A stretch of 64,000 nt of DNA from Amoebidium appalachense (lineage: Eukaryota; Protista; Ichthyosporea): positions 9,924,243 through 9,988,242 of the forward strand of contig CAVNZM010000009.1 of the NCBI GenBank assembly GCA_963693365.1, read 5' to 3'. Within the stretch, counting starts at the first letter, position 1. The number at the start of each line of letters is the position of its first letter. The notes under the pieces were generated by a model. That model was not told the origin of the DNA and made no database searches. It was given only the letters and a program-made list of their open reading frames with translations. Both the position numbers and the translations under genes were made by a program. Below, in pieces: positions 1 through 26,890 of the stretch.

Positions 1-243
1 TCCTCCCCCGGCCCCAAATTCCCCCTATCCATCCAGAAACTAATATCCTAGTACTTCAACTATTTTTCTTCCTGCATGCACCCATAAGAGTTAAAACGTA
101 TCATTACCTCCCTCCCACCCAGCACAACCACACTCATCTCAACCCCAAGCCTTCCCATAATCTCTAATAACCTTCTGTCTTTCAAGAGTACACGCCCGCA
201 GTGCATTCCTTTTACTGAATTTACCCTCCTCCCCCAATCACAG

Positions 244-8062
<7,819 letters not shown>

Positions 8063-8867
8063 GAATGTGGGAAAGGCTTTATTCTTTCCGTTTTTAATCC
8101 GGAAACTATATATATATCGTTCAACTTCTGCAATTGGGTGAAGAAAGTTATGCTTACAAATTGGCTTGAAATAGGCTGTGCTATGCTTACACAAACCGTT
8201 GACATGAAACTAAACACTCTGGTGTTGGTGGTAGGGCGGCAGCGATATACATATTGGTCGGAACAATGACTCACAAATCCGGAAGTGCACGACTATCCTT
8301 TTTTCTTGTGTGATCTAAAAGTGTTCGTCTACGAAAATACCTTAACAACTTGGCAACATTTACTACTCACAGAATCATTTATATTTGTGGTTTGTTTCGT
8401 AGATTGTAATATACCATATAAACAGCGTACATCCCTATACCATATGATATTTGTTTTTGTGTATCACCCTTGCGCAGCAGTTTGAAATTTTTTGGCCCAA
8501 TCCGTGGTTGGTTTGTGCTTTAGTGACGATGTCTCGTGTTTTTCTCGTACATTTTTGCCCGAAAGTTTCTGGATTGCTCAGCATATACGATACACTTTGT
8601 GTCTGAAGGAAAGCTAATGAATGTGGCGTGTGCTCCAGTGGCAGGTGTGCTCGTGTTCAAGAAATGGGCAGAGAACGGTGGGGAGGAGACGGGCGGGCGG
8701 GGAGGGCTGGGAGGGGAGGGGGAGAGATGGAGCGGGGCGCACTCGGCAGGGAGGGGGGGGGGGGGGGGGGGGGGATAGGCTCGGGAAGTTGGGATGTTAT
8801 GGGATACGAGCCTTTTTTTGGGAGGGGGAAGAGTGAGGGGAAGGAGAGGCAGGCTAGGGGGGTCGGA

Positions 8868-8900
<33 letters not shown>

Positions 8901-9057
8901 CTCGAGCAGATCTGGGCACGTCAGGCTAATTTTACTCGGGAGTGCTCGGGAAAGAGGGAGTCTCGGAGAGATATGGGAATGGAAACGGGGGTGGTGGTGG
9001 TGGGGGGGGGGGGGGGGGGGGGGGGGGGGTTGAAGGGGGGGGGGGGGGGGGGGGGAA

Positions 9058-9088
<31 letters not shown>

Positions 9089-10005
9089 GCCTCAAAAACG
9101 GCCAGGAGAAAAGAGAGGTTAGGAAGAATGCTCTAGAGCATCTGCCCGGCTACACAGAGCCCCATGCAGCGGCCAAAGAAAAGAGTTGAGGTGGGAGACA
9201 GGGAGAAAGAGACAGCCGCTGGGGAGCCCCCCGGGGGGGGGGGGGGGAAGGGGGAGGGGATAATCCATAAAAGACGGGGGTTGGGGGGGGGGGGGGGGGG
9301 GGGGGGGACGAGGAATGGAGAGATAAAGTCGAAAGAAATGAGTGCCGGAGGGCCGCGGAGGGTCTCGGGAGACGGAGATAGACTGAGATCGAGAACGAGC
9401 TGGTCCCTTCCTTTTTTTTCTTTCTTTACCTTTTTTTCTCTCAATACCTTTTTGTTTCTTTTTTTTCCCTTCCTTCCTTCCTTTCTTTCCTTCTTTCTTC
9501 CTTCCCTCCCTCCTTTCTTCCTTTCTTTCTTTCTTTCTTTCCTTCCTTCTTTCTTTCTTTCTTTCGATCTTTTTATTTTTATATCATCGGCAGGGTTTTC
9601 TTCACTCTAATTATTGTACAATGTACATGCTACCCTGCGCAGCCCACGTGTGAAGTCCTATTACAAGAATGGTGGGCAAGGACACCTGGGGGGAGGAGGG
9701 GGGGGTGGGGGGGTGGGGGGGGGGGGGGGGGGGAGGGGGGGGGGGGCAAATAAATAGAGATGAGATTTTAAGTGGAAGGCACATCGGCAGATCAAAAGAA
9801 AGAAAAGGCTGAGCTGACTCGGAACTCATTTAATATTACGCATCAAAGGGAGTTAGAAAGAATGCAATGGGAAAGCGGATAAAGAATACCCCGAACGACC
9901 AGTCAATAGCCATGTTTAAGTTTTGTTAAGTGTAACATAAATCGGAGAGCCCTGTCTTTTTATTTGGTGGTGGTGGGGAGGGGGAGGGGAGGGGTTTGTT
10001 GGGGG

Positions 10006-10041
<36 letters not shown>

Positions 10042-10256
10042 GGGGGGGGGGGGGGGATAGAGAGAATGTTCAACCGGCCCTTTCTTTCAGATGAATTCGA
10101 ATTCATAGTGAAGGGGTTGGGTGGATGGAGGCAGGCATTGAATCTGCTATGTATGGTTTTCCAATATGGATATTTATTTTCCAGTTATGCATGATTTATG
10201 CTAACATAGTTGCATCCCAATTTGAAGCAAAACCCAGCCGGTGTACTATATTACAG

Positions 10257-11872
10257 TTACAACAGTGCATATACCAGAAATACCACAAAGGCTGCCACAC
10301 TTATGTACAAAACTATACTATGATAATCAGCCCATTTATAGTCGTAGTTACAAGTTCTTCCGTACAAGTGATTCAGAATATGATGTTATTCGGCCACCAT
10401 TGTGTTCATATTTGCAGGACAACCAAGATTGCCATATACGGAAGCGGTGTCTGCGTCGCACACGCCACGTGTCACAGCGCTCGCAGAAGTCAGCGGAAAC
10501 TGCCGCAGCCAATCAGAAAGAACCACTGTTTCATTGGTCGCCGTCACAATTGTCGTGTTGTAGAACAACTTAAAGCACGTGTAGCAATGCTGGTTGCTAT
10601 CGACCAAATATGGTGTAGAGGTGTTTGGTGTATCCGTTGTCAGATCCGTGTGGTAGAGGTTAAGGGTAGAGAAGAAGAAAGTTTGCACACCAATAGGAAG
10701 CGTTGTTGGGGAGGTACTCTTTGCGCATGCGGGAATGGAATTGGCAGATACGTGTCGTAGAGGTTAAGGGTAGAGGAGTAGAAAGTTTGCACACCAATAG
10801 GAAGCGTTGTTGGGGAGGTACTCTTTGCGCATGCGGGAATGGAATTGAATCCTTCGAGAATGTTCGTGCTGCCAGTGGGCCCGAGAGAAAGCATATGAGC
10901 GTCGTAGAATAATCTCTGCACGTAGTCCGCTTTTGATTGGATAGATGCGTAATCTATGTTATTGTGCGTGGAGTGCAAATAATCAATATGCTCGCACCAA
11001 AACATATCGCCAGAGGCGAGGCGCGAACGAAATTCGGCGGGTGCAGAAGAGAGAAACGGAGCCTGCTCAATGTTGAAGCCAGAGATGAGTTTTGACTGTG
11101 TGGAGGGAAAATACCCGCATAACTGTCTGCTATAACGGCAGCTGAGATAGTTGGATTATTCTCTCTGTATGTGTCGATAATGTAGCCTCCCCACATTTGT
11201 GCCGCCAGTGAACCAGTGGAGCATCCCATGACCACCAATCGGTCTGGGTTGGGCACATTCCTATGCACCCACTCAAGCACAGAGAGTGTGTTTGAGATAC
11301 CTGCCTGACGGATGGCCTGGTCTGCACCTCCATTCCCCTGGTTTTTGTACGTGCGTGTGACATTTCCCGAGTGCATGTCGCCTGAACAGTAGCTCACAGC
11401 TACAATGGTGTAGTTTGCATACGGATTTTTGGGATTTGTCTTGTCGAAAATACCGGAGGCGTTTGAGAGAACCGGTTGGGTCAAAGCCGTCACTTATTTG
11501 CCGTAGCACGCGCCAAGAGCATTCGTTGTGCTCGACCAGCAAGCTCCGCCTCCCTGAAAGTAAATGAGAAGATTCTCCGTTGGGCCGGGGTAAACCTGAA
11601 AGCGATAGGGTTCGCTCACGTTGATGCACTCCGTATCACCACCAGGGAAAAATAGGTATGTTCTCGCCGGAAAGTGTATCGAGTGCACAGTTTGAAGGGT
11701 CGTTGCTATAGTAACAATGGGGGAGATAAGGTGTAGCGTCCATCTGGTTTAGTTGGCCAAGCAAGCTGGTGGTGGAAATGAACGGAATGGGAATGGCTGT
11801 CGCGGTTGTGGCCGGGAGGAGCGAGAGAATTCGAAGCCCCATTGCGGCCACGGCGAAAACGAAAGACTGCAT
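10257..11872 (-). pseudogene. Intronless pectin acetylesterase/Notum-family (alpha/beta hydrolase) gene, disabled
   Basis: Signal-peptide-like MQSFVFAVAAMG, then PGGDTEC..PYRFQVYPG..LLIYFQGGGACW, GIFD..NPYANYTIVAVSYCSGDMHSG, GCSTGS nucleophile elbow, IADSY, QSKADYVQRLFY, QHC. Broken by frameshifts (~11660, ~11050), in-frame TAA at 11494 and 10386, and a 104-bp duplication. Confidence 0.85.
10641..10847. repeat. 104-bp tandem duplication inside the esterase pseudogene
   Basis: cagat(c/a)cgtgt(g/c)gtagaggttaagggtagag...ggaatggaattg at 10641 and 10745. Confidence 0.9.
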
Positions 11873-12709
11873 TTTTTATATGTACCAATATGAGTACTGA
11901 GCCAAGTATTACTAAATTGTGTTAAAGATTGGTGCGCACGCGCTTTGTGTAGAAAATGACGAAGAAAAAGGCGCACAAACGATGCTTTGAGTAGTTGGGT
12001 AGCGGTGTTGTGGTCTGACGATTGCGCGTTTGAAAAGTGACCACCCGCTTGGGGTTTATATACCCATGGTCCCAACGTTAGGTTACCAGTGATTGGTTGC
12101 TCAAGTTTCTATCACTTCTTTGATTGGTTTTCGTGCCTCCATTAAATCATTTATTGGCAAATACCTTTTACATTGTGGTGCTCCATCATATGGTCCAATC
12201 AATGGCTCAAATAGAAGTGTGTGTATCTCGGGGGCAATCACTTGCGGCGGAGTCAACAGGACGGCATGCACATGTGCAGGACGAGGCAGGACGGCGTGCA
12301 CATGTGCATGCATATAGTGAGACGACTTGGCGCCGGGGGGGAGGGGGGGGGGGGGAGGGGGGGGGGGGGGGGGGGGGGAGGTTTAAGATAATGAGGCTGG
12401 CCATCAAAAACCTTAAGATAATAGACTCTGGACCATTTTTACCCGTTATCTTAAAAGTGAGTGACCCCTGTATAACGATAGGGATTCCATCTGCGATGCC
12501 ACGGTGTCGAAGCTTAGCCTATAAATGTGTCTCAGCATGTGTCTAATTGTCTGTGTATGTATGTGTGTGTGTGTGTGTGTGCGCGCGCGCGTGCGTGTTT
12601 GTGTGTGTGCACGCGTGTGTGTGTCTTGGCGTAGCCGTACGTCACGGGTGCACATGGTGGTGACGGCCGGGGCCCATTTGCGACATTTTTGTTTTGATGG
12701 GGGGGGGGG

Positions 12710-12909
<200 letters not shown>

Positions 12910-12969
12910 TACTACTGAAAAGCTAGGCTGTGTGTGTGTGTGTGTGGCAATCATTGTGCGTGTGTTTGC

Positions 12970-13032
<63 letters not shown>

Positions 13033-13600
13033 AAGGGTCGTCCCGGGAAAGGGGGCCCCGGGGACTGCACCACCCACTCTCGAGTGTCCGCGTCTTGCCA
13101 CTGAGACGCGAATCTTTAAAATTCTCTAGAAATTCCTCTTTACCAATTGACAATGTATCACATGGCCACGTGCGTCTGGAAAACTTTAATCATCCCATAA
13201 TTCATGGTTGTGTCCTAGTTAGCTAAATTCGAGCCCGTGGGTTAGGCTTAGGCTGCAATGTTAAACAAATTTAAACAACGTGCGAAGGTAAAAGGTACGC
13301 CAGCATGCATGGCCAAAAACATGACCAGAGGTGAGGGGGTGGCGGTAGCGACGTAGAAGGGGGGTGGGGGGGGGGAGGAGGCCTACTAGCTGGGCCTAGT
13401 GGGTGGGTGGGGTGGGTGGGGCGGGTTGGGGCTGCACCGGAGGGGGGAGGGGGAGGAGGGGGGAAGGGAGGGGGAGTTCCGGCGGGGGGGGGGGGAGGGG
13501 GGGAGGGGGGAGGGAGGGAAGGGGGAGGAAAGCGGGGTCACCCATGTCATTCAGCGAATCAGCTCCGTTCTCACCAAATTTAAACCTTGGAATCTATATG

Positions 13601-13790
13601 TGACGTCATCTGAGTTTTGGCGCGAAAATTTGGAGATCGCGAAGATTCTTGCAGTTCGGCATTGCAGTCCTGCGCAACCAGGGAGGTAGGTCTATACGAA
13701 GGGGGTTTACACACTTTTTATTGCGTGGACATTGCCGGAGGCCCAGCCACATTCGACGGCCTACTGCGTTTTCCAGCACAGCCAATCAAA
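13601..13790 (+). promoter_or_regulatory. Candidate promoter: CRE palindrome TGACGTCA (13601), E2F-type site TTTTGGCGCGAAAA (13615-13628), CCAAT box (~13782)
   Basis: Motifs read directly. They are followed by ATG 13825 (MSAIVVSDTPTYYG) and a GTAAGC donor at 13866. The linked gene is not established. Confidence 0.45.
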
Positions 13791-14059
13791 TGCAGCCTGT
13801 GACATATGTACATGCTAGGCAACAATGAGCGCCATCGTAGTATCTGACACCCCTACATATTATGGGTAAGCAGATGCTAGCATCGGTAGCTCCGACAGAA
13901 AGTTAAGGCACCGGATCACAATATCATACTGTGCAGCATTAATAAGGTGATCTAGGATAGTCATCTTAAAACGGATATATTGAGGAAGAGTTGAAGAAAA
14001 GAGAATATACGAAGGAAGCCCTAGGTATAGGGAGATCGGATGATACCTGGCTAAAAAAA

Positions 14060-14180
14060 CACCAAAGTCCATACACCGCAAGTCCCCGCGCACCTGAATC
14101 GTTCTCCCCTGATATTACGTCATCGGATCGTGTTTTGTCCAATCAGGTGCGCGGGGACTTGCGGTGTATGGACTTTGGTG
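14060..14180. mobile_element. MITE-like element with perfect 38-bp terminal inverted repeats (CAC...GTG ends)
   Basis: caccaaagtccatacaccgcaagtccccgcgcacctga (14060-14097) is the exact reverse complement of 14143-14180. 45-bp spacer; no clear TSD. Confidence 0.75.
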
Positions 14181-14875
14181 GAGGCCTGCGCAACTGCAAT
14201 GCTCGAGTGTTGACCTGTTTAGTTCACCGCCTCACACGCAAGTGTATATTCATTTCCCCCACCCTCATCCCCTACTCTCTCTCCTTGTTATATACCAGAG
14301 GCTGCAGAATACAGCTTGCTGTTGCTTCCGAGTCCTCCTTCATCCCACCTGTTGACTCTGTAAGTAGGGCAACACGTGATCGTAGGCTTAACCTTAGAGC
14401 ACATTTGTTTCTTGTCCCCCACCGACGCTGCACCGTTCTTCGGGATTTTACTTGTGTCTCGTTGAGCTGAAAGAGGTGGTACATTGAGCCGGCGGTTTAA
14501 TCAACAAGATGAAGGTTGTCCCTTCCCCATCAGCACAGCGCGCAACATGGGCACACGCACGCACACACGCAAGAACGTACTCACGCACGCACGGATGCAC
14601 ACACACGCACACACGCACACAAACTCGCACACGCACACACCCACCCACACGAACGCACATGCCTGTGCCTGCTTGACACACACACACACCGTGCGCCGCT
14701 GCACACACAAACAGAAAGACACACACACACCACACCCCAACACACACACACAGCACCCACCGACCGAACCACACACGCGTACACACGTGCATTCACCCAC
14801 AGAAGGCATGCAGGTAAGCATGTGCGCGCAAACACACGGATACATCCACCCAGAAAACCCAGAAAAGCACACAAA

Positions 14876-14908
<33 letters not shown>

Positions 14909-14945
14909 GCACGCGCACACACTTACACACACAACACACACACAC

Positions 14946-14985
<40 letters not shown>

Positions 14986-15070
14986 AGGAGCGAGAGAGGG
15001 GAGAAAACAGAGCAAGAGAGGGGGGAGGGGGGAGGGAGTGAGGGAGAGAGGAAGGGAGGGAGGGAAGGGG

Positions 15071-15145
<75 letters not shown>

Positions 15146-16750
15146 AAGAGAGAGAGAGAGGAGGGAGAGAGAGAAAGAGTGAGGGAGGGAAGGAAGGGAG
15201 GGAGGGAGGGAGGGAGAGAGAGGGGGGGGGGTAGGGGGAGGGAGGGAGGGACAGGGGAGGGTAGGGGGAGAGAAAGAGGGAGTGATTGAGATTGAGGGGA
15301 AGGTGGGGGAGAGGGACGAAGGGAGGGGGGGGGGGGGGGGGGGGGAGCGGGGGCAGGACGGAAGAGAGGGGAGGGAGGAAGAGTCGGCATCTTCTTTGAA
15401 ATGCCCTTTGCCCTTTTGTTGTGACTTTCATCGATTCTAGCAACACAGTTTTCACTCTTAGCTATGTTCGCTCCCTTCCTCCCTTCCCCCCCCCCCCCCC
15501 CCCCCTCTCCCCACCCTTCCTCCTCTCCCTTTGTATGTCTGTCCTTCGTACAGTCGTTTTCCTGGCTCGTTTCGTTTGTCTCTATTGCTTCTTCTCGCTC
15601 ACTACCCGCTTTATTTTCTCCTTCTCCCCATTCTTGGTACTGTTTACTGCCTATCAACTAAGTTTCTTCCCCGCACCTAAACAATATGACCCCCCTGCTC
15701 CTCCCCTCTTATCCCCCCCCCCCCCCCCCCTTCCCCCCCCCCCCCCCCCCCCCGCCCGCCCTTCTCCCTTACTCGCTCCCTCAATCCCTCTCCCTCTATC
15801 CCCCCCGATTTTATGTTCCCTCCCACCCACCCATTCTTCCACCAACCAGCCCGCCATTTCTCCCTCCAATTCACTTCCCTACCCAACATCCCCCCCCCCC
15901 CCCCCCCCCCCCCTCCCCCCTCCTCCCTTCTACCCCTTTTCCTGCTCCTCCGTGTTATCCGTCTAATACGTACACCATATTATGCAACACATTCCACCCC
16001 CTCCCCCCCCCCCCCCCCCCCCGCCCGCCCAACGGCACCCCGCCCCTTCTCCCTTATCACTCGTTCCCTACCCCCTCTGCCCCCCCTCCTCCCCCTCCCC
16101 CCACCCACACAACCACACACCCACACACAACCTTCTCTTCCGCTGTCCATCTATCCCCCCCCCCCCCCCCCCCTCGCTCCCCTTTTCCCCCCTACTCCCC
16201 CCCCCCCCCCTCTCCCGATACCTCCTTGCCATAGCTTGAGGCTTGCTATCTTTGAAAGCTTTTTGCTGCTGCCATGTTCTTTCCGCAGATTTCTACCATC
16301 ATCCCCCCGCCGCCCCCTCCCTCTTCCCCCCGCCCCCTCCCCCTCCCCCCCCCCCCCCCCCTCCCCCCCCCCCCTCCCCCTCCCCCCCCCCCCCCCCCCT
16401 CCCCCCCCTCCCCCCTCCCCCCCCCCCCCCCCCCGGCTTCCCCCCCGCCTCTCCCTCACCCCCAAAACCTTCCGGGTGGTCATCGGGCTATGAGCTAACT
16501 GCTTCCCCCCTTTAGTTCCTAACCCACCCACCCAACTATCCACCTACCCATCCAATCATGGGTGCCATATCACTCACTTACCACCCACCCACAGCTTCTG
16601 CTTCCACCCATTATATTGCTTCTGTCTCAAAATGGTTAAATGGTTTTGCAAACGTACAAGTTCTCTTTTCTGCTCCCTGAACCTGCAGACACAGGCACCT
16701 CTGTTTACACACGACACAAACGTACTGACAGGCGGAAATACCACACGAAT

Positions 16751-16880
<130 letters not shown>

Positions 16881-16943
16881 CACCACACACAACGCCACAC
16901 ATACACACACACAGACACACACACACACACACGCACGCACATA

Positions 16944-16984
<41 letters not shown>

Positions 16985-17072
16985 CCCCCCCCCCCCCCCC
17001 CGGCCACACACACACGCGCGCGCGTATTCTCCCTTCCCCGCCCCTCATACACACACACACACACACACACAG

Positions 17073-23465
<6,393 letters not shown>

Positions 23466-23855
23466 GTGGTCTGCAAACGGGCGGTAGATCAATCTTGCAT
23501 TTGGACAGAGGGATTAATGGCCTTGTAGGCATTTTGCGAAGACATTTGTATGACTTCGGCATTATGTAATGTACGTCATTATGACGGTGTGCAATAAGCC
23601 GAGTCCGTATTTTTTGGCCCAAACATGGGGCGAAGTTCCTTTCCACACATACGGAAATTGCCATAAAAGGGGTTTTGTATACAAGTAGGTCTGTGCGCCG
23701 GCTGTTGCCGGCGCCAAAACATAACGAAACAGTTATTGATGTTGGGTTGTGTGGTTGTTACCACTCCCCCCTCCCCCCGCCCTCCCCCCCCCCTGCCTGC
23801 CCCCCCCACCTCACACTTTCCCCCCCCTCCCCTCCCTGGCCCTTTGGCCTCACGC

Positions 23856-23902
<47 letters not shown>

Positions 23903-25172
23903 CCTGCAGTTGCCGGATCTGCCAAATGTTATGACCCTTTTCCCTTTCATTTAACCCCCCCCCTCCCCCCCCTCCCCCAATCCCCCTCCCCCCCCCCCCC
24001 CCTCCCCCCTCCTTCTTTCTGGCCCCCCTCCCACGGGGCACCCTGGGCAGTGGCGGCGGTAGCATCCCCCCTCCCCCCCCCCCCCCCCTCCCCCCCCCCC
24101 CGTCGAAATTGCAAAGTGAAGTAATGGGTATGAGCAAATTATGTGGGAAGTGATGGGAGTGGGGCCAGCCCAAATAAGTTAAATTCTTTTTTTTTGCCAG
24201 AAGGAGGCAGCCTGTATGGCCCCCCTCCCCCCAGCTACCCCCCCCCCCCCACCCCTTTTTTTAAATTATTTTGCCATCCCCCCCCCCCCCCCCCCCCCCT
24301 CCCCCTCCCCCTGCTGCCCCCTGTGTCCTTCATGTTAAGGACCTGAATATTTATGACATGGTGCACGTGGTACCAAAAGCAGTGAATGGTGGTGTGTTGT
24401 GATTAATGTAATCAGGGGGGGTTGAAGATATTGCGAATGTAGGGAGAAACGACATTGACGGTGTAGGCAATGGCATTTGCAGAAATGTGGTGGATTCAAT
24501 GGAACTGTGCACTCATGGACTGACATTTGTTAGCAAATCTTTATTATAGCAAAGGAGTTATAAGAGTTATAGAATGGATAGTGGTGTGACTGAAAACCCA
24601 GTCACCGGGTTTGTTGCCGTGTTGATGCTGCTATGCCGGGCTGTCTCTCCCCCCAACTTGTGAAAGGGAGAGGAGATGAAGTGACGTGTCGCTTGGGCCT
24701 TTTTTTTTTCTTCGTACGGGTAGAAATAAAAGCATCTTGCTGCTACACGTAACTTGGCGTTGTAACTATAAAGTGCTATCCGTGGCACTATGTTGGTGAA
24801 TCTGACGGGCATAACAATACTCCGGGTAGAAACACCGGCCACAAATAACCCAAAATAAAACTGTGGTGGCAACTAGACGACTTCTAGGTAATACCGCATC
24901 ACGAACGAACTGCGGCGCTGTGCGTGGCGTATCGTGCCTCAAGCCCAAAATCCCCCTAAATCTATGCGCTTGGCGGAGTTCTGCATACATGATTTTGCGC
25001 GAATTGGTACGGTGCAGAAGGATTCCGGCAGGGCTGTAATTTTCGCCGTAACGATAGCCATACAACATACATGAAAACGCGCTAACGAATAACTTCGGGT
25101 AAAAACCTTCTAGAAATGATTATCAAAAAAACAAAAAGAGGGACATAAAAGAGGTGGAATTTAGGTCCATTT

Positions 25173-25182
25173 TCTATAAAAA
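25173..25182 (+). promoter_or_regulatory. TATA box upstream of the intronless ORF
   Basis: ctataaaaaa about 90 nt upstream of the ORF start. Confidence 0.5.
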
Positions 25183-25267
25183 AGGGGACCTTCGTCTTCC
25201 TGCTGTCACCACATCCACATTTCAACACCCCGTTCACAGCTCGTTGATTCACGGACAGTGACACGTC

Positions 25268-26419
25268 GTGAAAATGAATCTGCACCCACACATGATGCAT
25301 GCATCCTTCCTTATGGATGTCCTCTCGGTTGTGATGCTTCCCACCAACCTTAAGCCCGGCGAGAGGCACACCGCTGCTATGGTCAAGGGCAGGAACACCA
25401 CCATGTGCCTGAATGCCACGAACAACGCCGAACCCAACATGCAGATCGTCGTCATGGTGTTCAACAACGAGAAGGACCCCAAGTACTTGGAGATGGCCAA
25501 AAACAGTGCTGGTAGCGTCGTCCATGTGCAGGGCCGTTTGTCTGCCAATGTGGAAACATTTGTCGACCATAACCGCCCTGGAGCCACCCATGTGATCAAG
25601 GGTGCCGGGATCGTCATCCAAGTTGTCTCGGCAGCTCATAAGGCCGCATTCAAGACCATGGTTGCACCCCACATGTACATGTGGAGTGCGTATGGCGCCG
25701 TTGTGCTCGGGATTGAGAAAGTCTACAAACCCAAGATCAACCTGACAGACGCCGATGCAGCGCTGGCAAGTGTGGATGTGAAGTGCATGGGGCGCATCTA
25801 TGGGGTCGGGAATAAGGAGGATCGTTACATTGGTCAACCCGTGTGCATGGTGCGTGCCGTTGCCAAGATGCTCCGTAACAAAGACGGCACCCTTGACCAC
25901 GTACTGGAGGGAGGCATCGTCCAGGCGTCCGGTGAGCTTACCTACATCCAGGGCAAGAACATTTTCGTTCTCGACACCACTGTGGGTGGGACATGTGTGC
26001 TCGTGCGGGGACCGGCTGCCACTACTGCTGCCACACCCACTCGATCCGACATCAAACTGGGCAACCTGCAGGCGAGCAACTCTGCCCTTCGTGGATTGGC
26101 TGCTATTCTATCCTATGATGATGTGAACGAGGAAAACGGGGAGAAGGAAGACATGAACGAGGCCGAGCCCGTTGCCACCCCTACCAAGAAACGTAAGATG
26201 GGGGCAAAGCTTTTCCTGTCGACCGACGACGACGACGTCCCCATGAAGGATATTGCAGCCATCAAGAAAACCAAGGACAACGACAATTTGATGGGCCGCG
26301 TTAATTCCGATGTTGACGAGCCCGAGGATTCCAATTCGGAGGGAGAAGACGGTGACGATGACATCGAGGAAGATTACGGGTTGCTCGATGGTGCAGCCAT
26401 TTTCAACGTTGAGGATTAA
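25268..26419 (+). CDS. Intronless 383-aa protein, predicted tandem OB-fold ssDNA-binding protein with NLS and acidic tail; possibly TE- or virus-derived
   Basis: Long, complex, C/G-ending-codon ORF (first ATG at 25274). Two SSB-like patterns: IVVMVFN..helix..GSVVHVQGRL and CMVRAV..LEGGIVQASGEL. PTKKRK NLS-like motif and a D/E-rich C-terminus. The ORF is solid; the fold is inferred. Confidence 0.7.
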   Translation: MKMNLHPHMMHASFLMDVLSVVMLPTNLKPGERHTAAMVKGRNTTMCLNATNNAEPNMQIVVMVFNNEKDPKYLEMAKNSAGSVVHVQGRLSANVETFVDHNRPGATHVIKGAGIVIQVVSAAHKAAFKTMVAPHMYMWSAYGAVVLGIEKVYKPKINLTDADAALASVDVKCMGRIYGVGNKEDRYIGQPVCMVRAVAKMLRNKDGTLDHVLEGGIVQASGELTYIQGKNIFVLDTTVGGTCVLVRGPAATTAATPTRSDIKLGNLQASNSALRGLAAILSYDDVNEENGEKEDMNEAEPVATPTKKRKMGAKLFLSTDDDDVPMKDIAAIKKTKDNDNLMGRVNSDVDEPEDSNSEGEDGDDDIEEDYGLLDGAAIFNVED

Positions 26420-26783
26420 CTTCCAGTGCTGCAGTGCCCATAGCCCATTTCCACTATGTATTGTTTGTAATAATATATTTTGATTTATTTGACGTTATCT
26501 AATACTATTGGGGATAGAACAAACAAACCAAGACAATGATGTTCTGTTTAGTTGTGGGAATTAATTGCATGGAATTTTAATAGCACTGTGTTATCAGTCT
26601 AGGGAGAGATTGCCATTGCCGAAGTACCAAGTTTACTTGTGGTCCTCCAAAAACATGTAGCTGAAAACCACCAAGTGCAATATGTTTTAAATTGCTTGCC
26701 AAATTTTTATAATATTATTATTATCTTGTTGTTTTACTTATTTTACAGAACTGTATGGTAACCCCCTTTATGATATGTATGGG

Positions 26784-26890
26784 CACGCAATAAAACTTTC
26801 CACGTGCACTGACTGAGTGCCAGGTGGGCAACATATTTCCGTGCATACTTGCTTATCTTTCCGTCGAATAAATCCAGTCAAAAGAAAAAA
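26784..26890. mobile_element. Fragment of MITE-like family R2 (TIR cacgcaataaaa...ttttattgcgtg)
   Basis: Left end at 26784. Internal 26839-26890 matches 51096-51147, which continues to the complementary end at ~51170. That end also occurs at 13706-13745. Confidence 0.6.

Noticed and set aside
10125-10760. 211-aa + strand ORF
   Set aside because: Antisense shadow of the esterase pseudogene; no recognisable motifs.
10386-11496. Stop-codon reassignment (TAA/TAG read as Gln), suggested by in-frame TAAs in the esterase
   Set aside because: The same gene also has frameshifts. The M13 gene ends in TAG exactly after the conserved terminal Trp, and the 383-aa ORF ends in TAA, so ordinary pseudogenisation fits better.
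25082-25900. 272-aa antisense ORF
   Set aside because: Shadow of the codon-biased + strand ORF.
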